This document shows positions 26,711-40,222 of a stretch of 64,000 nucleotides of DNA, in pieces (position 1 is the stretch's first letter; the number at the start of each line of letters is the position of its first letter). The stretch spans positions 50,904,001 to 50,968,000 of the forward strand of contig NC_087436.1 of NCBI RefSeq assembly GCF_036321535.1, read 5' to 3'. The notes under the pieces are model-generated. The model ran no database searches and was not told where the DNA came from. It saw nothing but the letters and a program-made list of their open reading frames with translations. The translations under genes were made by a program, and so were the position numbers. The DNA is from Camelus dromedarius. Taxonomy: Eukaryota.

Positions 26711-28619
26711 AGCATCCCTTTTTCTGTTTAGGAGAATTCAACCAAGTGAAAAGTGGGTTCAGCTAAGTGTTAAAAATGTCCCTTTGCTGACTCCCCTTCA
26801 AGTCGATAAGGTCACTTTTATTTTGCCCTTTTTATCTCTTGAGGGGAAGGGGAGTAGAGACAGAAATCCAAGCCGGAAGGGTTATTAGTTGAACCCATTC
26901 AACGAGCAACAGGTGGGGTGACTGGCATGGTACCTGTAGTTTGAATTATTCCATCTATTTGAAAAATTAAGAAGTAGTAATGAATCGTTGGCCATCACTA
27001 TGGGTGATTTGAAGCCAAGTTCAGTTAATAATGTGAACCAAAGTTTTGGGTCAAAAATGAGGCAAGGCCGTTTTGCTGAGAGAGGCTCTTAAACAAGCTG
27101 AATGCAGAGCCACGGGGCTCGTTGCCCACGTGCTTTGATTAGGGCCGATCACCTCCTGCAGGGAACTCTAGTCTTGATCAGCTTTCCCTGATCAAACTCT
27201 TTATCGGCACCAACCAGATAAAAGGGTATTGAATGAGAATCAGGGGTGAACTGTGGGGCAGTGGCTTTCTGGGACGCTTAAGCTGGACAAGGAGATGTTG
27301 TTCAGAGACACTTAGAGCCTGACCCGGCTTTCTGTCTGTGGATGACTTCTGAAGCTGCGTTTGGTTCAAGAAACAGGAGAGCCCAGCATTTGTAACTATT
27401 GCCTTAAATGACCCTATCTGTGTTCTTCAAAAAGGGTACCAGAGTATGAGGGCAGAGCAAGAATGTGTCTGTTTCCTAAACTCTAGCAGGAGAACGTGTT
27501 CATGGAGAGGGTCACCCTCTCCTGGACCTGTTAGAAAAAACAAGTGCCAGGGAAAAGCTGTGACAAGTTGTGTTATATCTGCTCCTGCTCTCAGGAGCCT
27601 CAGAGCCTCTGTTTAATTCTGCCTAATTGGCTTGTAGTGTGTGCAGGTAGAGGAGGTGTGCCACCTCTTATCAAATGGTGACACTTGAAAGGGATCAGTA
27701 GCTGCCTGGAATCTACAGATTCTTATTTCTTTTTAAAAAATCTGTCTCATTTATAGTTATATCTTGAAAATCTACCTGGGCGTTTTGCTTGGCTTATAAA
27801 CTTGAACGGATACAGAGCTAATGGCAAAGCCAGAAATCATGTAGTATTTTCACGGTTCTGCAGACTATTTTGTTGGCATCCAGACTTTGTCACTGATTAG
27901 TAACTAGGGTGTGTATCACTGAGACATTTTGCTTCGATTATTGTTCTCCTGAGTGTCTTCTGTTTGTGGCCTTGATTGCTGAAGCCTTTCCCTTGTGATG
28001 GATGTCACACTGGAGAGTGTGTAAATTACCTCAGGTCTGAGCAATCTTCCATTTATGAGAAAATTTTGCAAATATAAGTTCTCATTCTTTTCGTAGATCT
28101 AATTGGAAAGGCCTCTCCTCCCTTCCCCCACCATTGTTACTTTTAAGGGGAAATACTAAGAGCTGGAATTGAACTGAAGTACTAGAGAGTTGATATTTTG
28201 CCAAACCTAAAGAAATTAGTCCTAGCTGAACCTCAAAACCATGTTCCTCAATCTTAACAGCTTGTGCTGGTGAAGGCTGAAAGCACTTCCCCTATCCTCT
28301 CTCTCCCCCTCCCTCTCAAGTTGTTTCGCGGTGCACTGTTTTATGGAGAAGGATCTCTTTCTGAAATAGAGGCATGCTGAAATATTTTTTAGTTTGTGCG
28401 GTTAGCATACTAGAATGCCGACAGGTGGCAGGATTCTATAGGTCCTTGACAGCTTCCAGCTCTGTTTGAGGACCTGTCATTAATTGTCTTGGGTTTGGAT
28501 GCTCTCCAGACTGAACTTGCCAGCCATGTTGTGATAGTGGTAGTTTTGTTCTGCTCAGAGGATTTTGTGCCTATGGGAAAAGGGGACTTTGAGTTCTAAC
28601 TAGCTGTGTTTTTTAAAAA

Positions 28620-31600
28620 TTTATCTTTTTTATTGTATAGTTGGTTTATAGTTAGCTTCTGGTGTACAATATAGTAATTCAAATTTTTTATAGACTATAC
28701 TCCATTGAAAGTAATAAAATATTGGCTATATCCCCTGTGCTGTACAATATATCCTTGTAGCTTATTTTATGCATAGTCGTTTGTACCTCTTAGTCTTTTA
28801 TCCCTATCTTGCCCCGCCCCCACTAGTAACCGCTAGTTCTCTATATCTGTGAGTCTTTCTGTTCTATTCACTCATTTATTTTTCTGACTACACTATAAGC
28901 GATAACATACAGTATTTATCTTTCTGTCTGACTTATTTCACTAAACATAATACCCCCCAGCTCCATCCATGTTGTTGCAAATGGCATTATTTCATTCTTT
29001 TTTATGGCTGAGTAATATTCCATCATGTATATATACCACATCTTCTTTATCTGTTCATGGGTTGATGGACACTTAGGTTGCTTCTATAGCTTGGCTGTTG
29101 TAAATAATGCTTCTAAGAACATTGGAGTGTATGTGTCTTTCCAAATTAGTGTTTTCATTTTCTTTGGATGTGTAGCCAGGAGTGGGATTGCTGGATCATA
29201 TGGTAGTCCTATTTTTAGTTTTTTGAGGAACCTCCATCCTGTTTTCCATAGTGGCTGCACCAAACTACTACTAGAGAATGTTCCATTTATGCTTGAAAAG
29301 AATGTATTATGCTGCTTTGGGATGGAATGTTCTATATATATGTTAAGTCCTTTTGGTCTAATGTGTCATTTAAAGCTAATGTTTCCTTATTGATTTTCTG
29401 TCTCGATAATCTGTCCATTGATGTAAGTGAGATGTTAAAGTCCCCACTCTTACTGTGTTATTGTCAATTTCTCCCTTTACGTCTGTTGATATTCGCTTTA
29501 TGTATGTAATACTCCAATGCTGGGTGCATAGCTGTTTACATTTGTTATATATTCTTGGATTGATTTCTTGTTATATAATGTCCTTCTTTGTCTCTTGTAA
29601 CAGGTTTTTTTAAAGCCTATTTTGCCTGACATAAATATTACTTCCCTGGCTTTTTTTGACTTCCATTTGTGTGGAATACCTTTTTTCATCTCCTCACTTT
29701 CTAGTCTGTGTGTGTCTGTAGATCTGAAGTCTCTTATAGATGGCATATATATGGATCTTGCTTTTGTATCCATTCAGCCACTCTGTATCTTTTGATTGGA
29801 GCATTTAGTCCATTTACTTTTAAAGTAATTATTGATAGATATGTACTTCCAATTTGTTAATTTGGCGGGGGGTTTGTTTTTGTAGCTCTCTTTGTTCCTG
29901 TCTTTTGTTCTCTTCCGTTTTGATTTGATGACTATTTTTAGTGTTTGGATTCCTTTCCCTTTATTTGGTATTTATCTATTGTAGATTTTTGCTTTGTGGT
30001 TACCATGAAATTTATATATAGCAATCTATATAATATAACATAATACATGATTAAGTTGCTGATCTCTTAATTTCAAGTGGATTTTAACAACCCTGAATTT
30101 TTACTCTCCTGTTCTCACCATGATTACTGTTTTTGTTACCATATTTTATACCTTTTTGTATATCCCTTGACTAATTATTGTGGGTATAGATGACTTTACT
30201 ACTTTTATTTTTTAACCTTCTTACTGGCTTTGTACATGGTTGTTATTTGTGTTTGCCTTTACCAAAGAGCTTTTTCCTTTCATAATTTTCATGTTTCTAT
30301 TTGTAGCCTTTTCTTTTTCACTTAGAGAAGTCTCTTTACCATTTCTTGTAAAGCTGGTTTGGTGGTGCCCAATTCTTTTAGGCTTTGTCTGTAAAACTTT
30401 TAATCTCTCCATCAAATCTCAATGAATGTCATGCCAAGTAGAGTATTTTTGTTTATAGGTTTTTCCCTTTCATTACTGTAAATTTATCATGTCAGTCCCA
30501 TCTGGCCTGCAGAGCTGCTGAAAAATCAGCTGATAGCCTTATGGAGTGCCCTTATCATGTGTTGCTTTTCCCTTACCTTTTAATATTCTCCAATTTTTGC
30601 CATTTTAATTACAGTGTATCTTGGTGAGGACCTCTTTGGCTTGGTCTGTGTTTGGAACTGTCTATGTTCTAGGACCTGGTTGTTTCCTTTCCCAGGTTAG
30701 GGACGTTTTCAGCTATTGTGTCTTCAAATATGTTCCCTGCCTTTTTCTCTTTCTTCTCCTGGGACCCCTCTAATGCAAATGCTAGTACACTTGTTGTCCT
30801 AGAGGTCTCTTAAACTGTCCTATTTTCTTTTCATTCCTTTTTCATCCATCTCCCTGATCCATTTCTCTATCATTTAATCTACTGTTGATTTCTTCTAGTG
30901 TATTTTTCATTTCAGTTGTATGTTCCATCTGTTTAGTTCTTCTTTATATCTTCTCTTTGTTAAACTTCTCACTGTAGTCATCCATTCTTTCTCCTGAGTC
31001 CTTTGATCATCTTTATGATCATTACCTTGAACTCTTTCTTGGGCAGATGGCCTATCCACTTCAGTTAGCTCTTCTGAGGCTTTATCTCCTTCCTTTGTTT
31101 GGAACATACCCTCTGTTGCCTCATTTTGCCTAACTTGCTCTTTTTATTTCTATGTATCTGGTAGGTTGGTTATATTTCCTGAGCTTGGAGAAGTGCCCTT
31201 TTTAGAAGATGTTCTATGCATCTCAGCAGCACACTCCCCTCTGGTCACCAGAGCTATATGCTCTAGGGGTGCACCCTAATGTGGGCTGCACAGGTCCTTC
31301 TGTGTGGTGGGCAGACTACTGTCAGTGGTCTGGTAGGCATGGCTGGCACTCAGCCCAATTGGTTCCTGGGCCCTGCCTGTAGGTGGCCTACTGGCCACTG
31401 ATTGATGGGGCTGGGTCATGAGGCTGCTGGTTTCAGAACCCTAGGGGTCCCAGGGCTACTGCTGGCTCACTGGTGAGCAGAGCTCGGTTCTAGGGTGGGT
31501 GGTTGCAGGACCGGGGTTCCTGGTTCTAATACTGGCCTGCTCATGTGTAGGGCCAGTTCCTGACATGGCTGGCTGCCTGGCTGCAGGATCTGGGGGTATC

Positions 31601-32637
31601 CCAAACCTGGTACTGCCTCTTCGGTGAGTGGGGCTTAATCCCAGGGCAGCTGGCTGAGACATTCAAGGTTTCTTGGAGCTGGTGTTGGTCTGCTGGTGGA
31701 TGGGGCTGGGGTCTGAAGGGTCCCCGGGTTGGTGCCAATCTGCTGGTGTTCTGGCTGTGTCCTAACAAGGCAGGTGCAGGGCTGCAGTGATCCTGGGGCT
31801 GGTGTCTGCCCACTGGTGGCTGGTTGGTGCCCAGGGGATCCTGGGCTAGTGCTTATGCACTGTTGTGTGGCGCCGGGCCCTGGGCCCTTTGGTGGACAGG
31901 GCTGTGTCCTGAGGTGCCTTGGGCTCAGGCGGTCTTAAGGCAGCCTGTCTCTGGTAGTTGGGGCTTTGTCGCTGTCAAGCTAGTTTCTTGGCCTGAGTGT
32001 CCCACTACTGGTGTGGACAGGCTGGTGGGTGGGGTGGGGTCCTGGTGTTAATTAGCTAGAGGGAGCATTCCAGAATGGCACTTGCCACTGTCTATATCCC
32101 CAGGGTGATCTCCAGTTGCTTCCTCCCTCTTTGGGAGGCTTTCCAAGATCAGCAGGTCAGTCTGACCCAGGCTCCTTCAAATTACTGCTTCTGCCCTGGG
32201 TCCCCAAGTGTGTGAGATTTTGTGCCCTTTAAGAGTGGAATTTATTTCCCCCAGCCCTCTGGGACTCCAGAAAGTAAGCCCTGCAGGCCTTCAAAGTCAG
32301 ACATTCTGGGGGCTCATCTTCTCAGTGCAGGACCCCTGGGATGAGGAGTCCAGGATGGGGATCAGACCCCTCGCTCCTTGCACCTCTGCTGTTCTAGCTA
32401 TTCTTCCATTCATGGGTCGCCACCAAGGCTATGGGTCTTGCCTGACTACACGTGACTCTGCCTCTCCTCTCCATCTTGTTGTGGCTTCTTCTTTATATCT
32501 TTGGTTGCAAAAGATCTTTTCTGATAGATGTTGGTCTTTCTCATAAACAGTTGCTCTGCAAATAGTTGTAATTTTGGTGTGCTCATGAGAGGAGGTGAGC
32601 TCAGGGTCTTCCTACTCCACCAACTTGGCCGGGCTCT
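28620..32637 (-). mobile_element. L1 with 5'UTR, ORF1, endonuclease region and 3' end, but most of ORF2 deleted
   Basis: 5' end with degenerate YY1 motif CAAGTTGGTGGAGTAGG near 32627; ORF1 and EN remnants 29270-31200; abrupt junction to the 3' end at about 29265. Confidence 0.88.
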
Positions 32638-33070
32638 ATAATAATAATTTTCCTGAGTAACTGTTACAAGTGAATATTTGTAACAGATGTTCTCTGCCCA
32701 TAATGCTGATTTCCTTCTAACAAAAAGGAAAAAGGAACATGGGTGCATTGGGCCCCTGGAAGCTGAATTGCATATGAGAAGGTGCTAGCTAGGAGTCAGG
32801 TCTGGGCTCAAAATACTGCCTGTGGCATTTCACTTAACTGCGTGAGCCTCCATTTCCTCATTTGAAAAGTGAGACGTTCCTGCCCGCCTCACCCAAATTG
32901 AGGCTGACATGAGGTAATGTCCAAAATGCTCCTTGCAAACATGGGTTCCCTCCGCTGTAGGCTGTCCCTCCTGTGCTCGGTGCCCAGAATTATGACAAGT
33001 CACACAGCTGGCCCATGTGGACGGTGACTTTTGACTGCCTGACTCTGCCCATCTCCTAACCTCTTCCTAG

Positions 33071-33213
33071 AATATGGAGGAAAGTGGAAAATGCTTCATT
33101 ACTTTGCTCGGCATTTCTTCGCTCCGCTGTTGCCGGTGGGTTTTGAGAATAATGATGTGTTTTTCATCTACGGTGTGTCAGACCTTCACTCAGACCGTAA
33201 CGTGACGCTCACT
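33071..33213 (+). CDS. MANBA: Beta-mannosidase exon (exon 15 equivalent)
   Basis: cctag|AA...ACT|gtaagt, 143 nt, phase 1-0; (E)[26 protein letters not shown]...SDRNVTLT. Confidence 0.98.
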
Positions 33214-34068
33214 GTAAGTTGCCTGGATTATTTTCTCCCTATGAATGAGGGAGAATTTGAGATTTCTTTAGTTATTTGGTTTGTTTTTGTTTTTGTTTTG
33301 GAAACAAGAAAAGAGAAATGAATTTGTATCAATGTTTCTAGTGCCTATAGCAGAAAATGGGCTGTCCTCGGCATCGGAAAACCTATATTCAGGGCAAAAT
33401 TCTGCAATTTATTCTATGACTTTAATGTCTTGGTTCAGTTTCCTCATCTGTAAAAATGATATCAGTCTGCTTTCTGAAAGGATTTCTATGAATAGTAAAT
33501 AAAATAATTAGATGAATGTGAATTATAAACTGCAAAATGCCATTTAAATCTAAGGCTATTTATAATCAGGAGAAGCTGGAAATAGCCTAAACTTTGTAAA
33601 GAGTCATTTAAAACAGTAGGTTAAAGTGGAAATCAGTAAAATTATTCAGAATGTATAGGTGGGAAAATGAACTTGTATTTAAAACAATGTTTTAAAAAGA
33701 GGATAAAAGGATAGAAACTCAAAGAAGGCTTGGGTGGCTGCAGTTCGGAGGACACTGAGACTAGGTCAAGGTTATGGATTCATTACAATGCACCGGGTCC
33801 TGTGCCTACCACAGATTATTTTACTTAATTCTGACGACAGCCTGTGAAGTTAGTGCAGTTATTTTTCTAATTTTACACATGAAGAATGAAGACTTAGAGA
33901 AGTCGAATTAACTTGCTTAGTTACATGACTAGTACTTGTTGGGGCTGAGGTTAAAGCCAAGTTTCAGTCTCTTAACCAGTTCTGCGATTCTGACTTTCAT
34001 CCGTTATTACTGCTTTTATTCTCTTAAAAAAAAAGTGTTTGGTTTTGTTCTGTCTTGTTTCTCCCCAG

Positions 34069-34326
34069 GTGAGGGTCCACGCGTGGAGTTCTCTGGAGCC
34101 CGTGTGCTCTAAGACCACTAAGGTTTTTGTGATGAAAGCAGGGGGGTCTGCTCTCATCTATAAGGAGCCAGTGCCTGAGTTGCTAAGAAGATGTAGGAGT
34201 TGTACAAGGCGAAGCTGCGTGGTTTCCTTTTACCTGTCAACTGGCAGCAAACCCTTGAGTCCAACCAACCATCACTTCCTGTCCTCACTGAAGGAGGCTG
34301 AGGGGCTCCAAAAGGCACACATCACT
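34069..34326 (+). CDS. MANBA: Beta-mannosidase exon (exon 16 equivalent)
   Basis: cccag|GTG...ACT|gtaagc, 258 nt; [14 protein letters not shown]...[11 protein letters not shown]. Confidence 0.97.
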
Positions 34327-35982
34327 GTAAGCACTGGTGGTCTGGGCTCACCGTGGCCTTGTGGGGCTGTCCTACTTCTGGGGCAAGCACGCTGCATCCT
34401 GCTTTTTGCAAAATTTCCCCTTGATACTGAGTTGACCTGGGGAAGATTGGCCCCTTTCCACTGGAAAGAAAGACCAAGTGATTTTTATTGCTAGTTCAGC
34501 ATTTGTCCGAGTTTAAGGTTCCTGCCCGTGCTGCTGTCCCGTCACCCCTCCCTGGTCAGGCTGGTGCAGTGAAGGGAGAGGCGGCCGGGGTCATCACCAC
34601 TGATGGTTCCTCCATGGGTTTCCAGGCTCTGTCCTGGGGGCTGTCCTGCATCAACCCTAAGGTGTTACCATCTGTATTGACGAGTCAGCAAACTTGTTTG
34701 GAGGGGCTGAGTAAAGTGTTCAAAGTCCGTAGCCAGGAAACATTGGAGCCCAGTAGAAACTCTTAATTTTGCTTTTTAAGAGTCTATTAATTTAAAAAAT
34801 TTTCACGCTGCTCTTTGATTTATTGCTTCTCAGTTGCTTAGTCACCACATCTCTATCATTGCCAAGAAAAAAATGGGATGATCAGGATAGGATGCTGCTA
34901 CAAAAACAGTGCAGGCGGAGAATTTGGCGTCTGTCTAGTAGACTGGAAACTTCCTTCCCTCCCCTCCGCCATGTAGTGACTGAAAATATTTTTCTAGAAA
35001 GTTTCATTCTCTGTTTTTAATGAATTTTAAGTTTGTTTTAGACTTTGACTTCATTGAAAAGACTTAAGTGAGAGGATTTTTTTTACATTTGCTTTAGAAA
35101 TAATCCCATAAAATCTTAGCCCTTGAATTGAAATTGTATATTCCTTCCCAATTAATAATGAAAATTTTCACTTAATGAAATCTACCCGTAACAACTGATG
35201 CAGAGCAGTTATGAAGGAAATTGCGTGTACATTTACATAGCTTCTGTCCCGGAAAGAGCACAGAACCATCTAGACTGTAGACTTCGGACTTTGAAATCTT
35301 TCTTTCTTTACCTAGGCCTCCCTTACTTGAGACAACGGAGGGTGCGAGAGAAGTAGGACTTCTTCCTTTGTCCTACCTCATCTGGATTTTAATGAGGCTT
35401 TGCCTTTCCTAAAGGGATATAGTAACAGTAGTAATAACAGTCATGATGGTTAACATCATCGCAGGCTTAACATGGGCGAGGCACTCAGAGTTGGTATACC
35501 CGGGGGGTGCTGGGAACTTGTTTTTCCCTGTCTCCCTTGAAACTAGGGTGCAAGCTTGAGCTCTGGGCTCTGCAGTCAGATACACAGAGATGAGATTTCC
35601 AATCAGAAGAAGGCAGCACAAGAGTGAGCCAGTGACCCTTGTGGCCCTGGCCTTGGGACAGAGTAGCGGAGGCCCCCGGCAGCCTTGGTGGATGGCTGTG
35701 TGCCTGCAGCTGTGAAGGGGCTTCATCGGATTAGGTGGCTGGCATGATTTGGGAATTTGACATCCAGCTTCAAGCCTGCATCTCTGACCCTTGATTACAT
35801 TTTTTTTCCTGCTTCTGTCAAAGTAGGTTTTATTCATAACTCTGAACCCTGCATGATGTGTAAGGCTAAGCTGTATATAGTAACAATTGCCCTTGGAAAT
35901 TCTTTGTCACATATAACCTACAATGTCAAAACTATGGCATGTATGCCTGTTGAAGAGTCATGTTTCGTGACAGATGCACAGC

Positions 35983-36074
35983 TTTTTTTTTTTTTTAAAT
36001 GGAGGTGCTGGGGATTGAACCCGGTACCTCGTGCGTGCTAAGCATGTGCTCTACCACTGAGCTACACTTCTCCC
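35983..36074 (-). mobile_element. tRNA-derived camelid SINE (vic-1-like, short tail)
   Basis: Minus strand GTGTAGCTCAGTGGTAGAGC...GGTTCAATCCCCAGCACCTCCATTT-A14; degenerate TSD acagatgca/acaaatgca. Confidence 0.88.
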
Positions 36075-36797
36075 ACAAATGCAGCCACTTTAATACCAGG
36101 CCCCACTCAGCTGTGTTCTCACAGTGAGAAAGGCTCACAAACCCCCACTCTCCAGGGTGTGGCTCTGCCTCACTCTCAGCCAGTTGTGTATGCTAATGAC
36201 AAGACTTAAACTGCACTCTCCTTGGCTGATAGCGTGTGGGACTCACACATGTTAAAAGCGCTAATGCTGTGACTTTGCCGATTACGCAGTAAGAGACAAA
36301 GCTCTAGCGGTAGGGCTTTTGTAGGTGCCTGGCCGCCTGCTGTGGGGATTGCGGGGTCTCCTCAGAAGAACAGAAGGTGCGTGCACTCTGTGGCTGCACT
36401 CTGCAACCTGCTCCAGACATATCCTGAGAAAGTCACTTAAACCGCCCGGCCCTCCGGCAAAAATGGGCCCCTCTTGATGAGACCCTGAGGAAAAGATACA
36501 AAACTAAAAGATACAGAGCTTGGAGCTTCTTGTGAAATATTCTCCTTAATAATTGGGGACTGCATATTTCCACCCTTGCTTTGAGATTACAGTTTGGTAA
36601 TTTTCCACAACCTTAAATCAGTGTCCACATACTTTTTTTCAGTATATGACCCGGTGCGTGGGATATGTGATCAACCGTTGCAGAACCAGAGCTGTAGGAG
36701 ATGCATTCCTCATCTGGCCACATGGCTGCTCTGCTTGGGGTTGCATGTAGCACTGGGAGCTCCGCCCTCCTCCACTTCACCTATCTTTTTCTTTCAG

Positions 36798-37022
36798 GCC
36801 GTCATCTCTCAGCGAAAGGACACCTTTGTTTTTGACCTGGCAACCTCGGCAGTCGCTCCCTTTGTGTGGTTGGATGTAGGGAGCATCGCGGGGAGATTCA
36901 GTGACAATGGTTTCCTCCTGACCGAGAAGACACGGACAGTATTATTTTACCCTTGGGAACCCACCAGCAAGAGTGAACTGGAGCAATCTTTTCATGTGAC
37001 TTCGCTCACTGATATTTACTGA
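36798..37022 (+). CDS. MANBA: Beta-mannosidase terminal coding exon (exon 17 equivalent), including TGA stop
   Basis: ttcag|GCC...TAC TGA, 225 nt; [39 protein letters not shown]...[11 protein letters not shown]. Confidence 0.98.
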   Translation, partial: AVISQRKDTFVFDLATSAVAPFVWLDVGSIAGRFSDNGFLLTEKTRTVLFYPWEPTSKSELEQSFHVTSLTDIY

Positions 37023-37611
37023 GGGAATCCAGGTTGTGTTTTCGGGAGCTGAAGGCAACCAGAATCGGGTTGAAGAAGCCAGGAAACATGTCCGCCTGCT
37101 GCCAGGCGTCTGACGAGACACTCAGGGAAGAGTTGGTACAGTGTGTTCTCCCAGGGAAGGCAGCGTACTCAGGTGATGTCCTCCCACAAGGCTACGCCTA
37201 GGTGTGGGCCAGTCTGCACCAGTGCTGTGGTTTTAGGCCTTCCCCTGACAGTTTTTGCACCACATGAACCAGTTATAACTCCACAGCTTCTCCTACCCCC
37301 TAGAGGAGTTCCTATACACACTCAGCCCTTTAAGGGAAATCACAGGTACATGACCATTGCAATATCTGTGGCATCAAACGTGGAGGGTTGTGAGGTCTTG
37401 TAGTTAGCTTTGAGAAATACCAAATAATCAAAAAGAAACTGCTTTGTTGTTATTTCCAAAGGAAATGGAGGTTCAGATGTCACAACAGAACGAGATTTCT
37501 GGGTGGTAGCTATATTGATTGTTGCTGGAAAGTCGGGGGGGAGGGGAGGTTGATTATTACCATTCAGTTACTTTTTGGTTAGGAGTCTTTTTCATTTGTG
37601 AGTTTTTTAAA

Positions 37612-37617
37612 AATAAA
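37612..37617 (+). terminator. Candidate MANBA polyadenylation signal (alternative ATTAAA at 37903-37908)
   Basis: AATAAA about 590 nt after the stop, followed by GT/T-rich sequence. Confidence 0.55.
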
Positions 37618-40222
37618 TATGCTGTTATTGTTTTAACAATAACAACTTTTTTCAAAGGCCATTAGTGATTCTCCTTTGAAAATTAAGTTCATGCTGAAAT
37701 CGATGTCACTGTGGTCACTTTGGAAACTTTTGGGTGTCCTGACATAGATTATCACCCATAATTATGTATGGGCTTCAGATCTGGTTGAATCCAGTGAGCT
37801 TTGCAGTTCAAGACTGTAGTTAGGTTTGGACTTGTAGCAAAGTGGTGTTCCCTTTAGCTTGAGTTTGAACCATTTAAAAAATATTGATAGATTATAGTTG
37901 CTATTAAATCGTTTTACTATACATCATCACATTTATAAAACTACATTGATGATAAAAGGGGGCAAAATGTTAGTAAGTAGCCAATTTGGGTACAGGTGTG
38001 TAGGAATTTATCTTGTACTGCTTTTGCAAATTTCCTGTAAGTTTGAAATTATATAAAAATTTTAAAATTATATAAATTGCATGAACAACTTGATGCTTCA
38101 TCTGTGGCTTATTTCCTCATTCCATCAGTACTCAGTACCCAGTACCATGCTGGGCATTAATTTCCATTTAGCTCTAATTACGTTTTTAGTCTACTTGATA
38201 AACTAAGTTTGAAGAATCTAGACTGGAATAGTTGAGGGGTTTTCTCAAAGAAGAATTAGGTAACTAGTTATGGAAGGGACTGGTAATGAGTTTGGCTTAG
38301 AATCAAGACTAAGTAGATAATAGTTTTCATTTTAAAACTGAGAAACTTTTTGCTATGGTTCAGAGACTAAAAAGAAAGTAAATGCAGACAATGCAGGCCT
38401 TTCTTTCAGTGTCTAAGAGTTCCCTCGTTTTATGTGTTCTAAAAGCTTATGAAGGACTGGGACTTAGGGATGTAACTTATAATATTTGTCAAGTTAAGAA
38501 TCTTCTATCACTTTTTTGTCACCGTTGAAAATATTACTGTCGCACTGTTGCTGGGGGGCAGGGAGGACTCTCCTCTCCATTAACTAGAATATTTTCTGGG
38601 CCAGGTGCCCTGTGAGGTGGGCTTTGAAGTTGATGGCCAAAATTTACATTGCAACTCTGCCCTTCCTAGCTCTGTAAACTTAATCAAGATACTTGTATGT
38701 TCAGTTCCCTTGTGGTAAAATGGGAATAATTACACTCACCTTGTCAGTGTGTTTTGAATAATAAAAAAAATTTGGCTGGAGGGCTGGGCCCAGTGCTGGC
38801 ACTTCGTGAAGGCTCTGTAAATAGAGCCGCCATGCTGGGGTGTGACCCTCTCATCCAGGAGAGGGCGGGCTTCCTGCCACACTGATGTGAATCGAAATCC
38901 AAGTTCTGAGGTTTATTGGCTGTGTGACCTTGGGCAACCCCATGATCATTTGGACTTGACTTTTCTCATCTGTAAAATGGAGCTAGTAATCTCTAAACTT
39001 CAAAGGTAGTTGTAAATATTAAAAATAAAAAGTTTTGAACAAAATAAATGCTAAGTAAATAGTGATTGTACCTTTCTAACATCATAATCATCACAAAATC
39101 ATGAAACGAGTGAAAATGAAACAAATAAAGGGAAATGTCTTTTTTCTTTTAAATTGAAATGTAGTTAATACAATATTGTGTTAGTCTCAGGTGTACTGCA
39201 AGGTGATTCAATTATATATGTTTCAGATTATTTTCCATTATAGGTTGTTATAAGATATTGAATATAATTCCCTAAGTTATCATAAGTTTAATTAGGTCCC
39301 ATTTGTTTATTTTTGCTTTTATTTCTATCACTTGGGTAGACTGCCCTAGGAGAACGTTGCTAAGATTTATGTCAGAAAATGTTTTGCCTATGTTTTCTTC
39401 TAGGAGGTTTAGTGTCTTGTCTTATGTTTAAGTCTTTAACGCATTTTGAGTTTATTTTTGTGTATGGAGTGAGGGAGTGCTCTAAATTCACTGATTGACA
39501 TGCACCTGTCCAGTTTTCCCAACAGCACTTGCTGAAGAGACTGTCTTTTCTCCGTTGTCTATTCTTGTCTCCTTTGTCAAAGATTAATTGACCGTGAGTC
39601 TGGATTTATTTCTGGGCTCTCTATTCTGTTCCATTGGTCCATATGTCTTTTTTTGTGCCAATACCACACTGTTTTAATTACTGTAGCTCTGTAGTGTTGT
39701 CGGAAGTCTGGAGTGGAGCAGGGAGTGGGTTATGCCTCTAGCTTTGTTCTTTTTCCTCAGGACTGCTTTGGCAATTCTGGGCCTTTTGTGGTTCCATATA
39801 AATTTTAGGATTATTCTAGTTCTGGGAAAAATATGGGTATATTGATAGGGGTTGCATTAGATTTGTAGATTGCTTTGTGTAGTATGGCCATTTTAACAAT
39901 ATTGATTCTTCTAATCCAAGAGCATAGGGATATATTTCCATTTCTTTGAGTCACCTTTAATTTCCTTTATCAATGTTTTATAGTTTTCAGTGTGTAGGTC
40001 TTTCCCCTCCTTGATTAAATTTATTCCTAGGTATTTTTTTAATATTACTTCTCTTTCTGATATTTCATTTTTAGTGTAAAGAAATGCAACAGATTTCAGT
40101 ACATTCATCTTGTGTGCTGCTACCTTGCTGAATTCACTTATTAGTTCTAATGGTTTTTGTGCGGAGACTTTAGGGTGCTCTATATAGTGTATCATGTCAT
40201 CTGCAAATAATGACAGTTTTAC

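Noticed and set aside
31200..32600. Cluster of GC-rich ORFs and short repeats
   Set aside because: This is the L1 5'UTR, antisense on the + strand.
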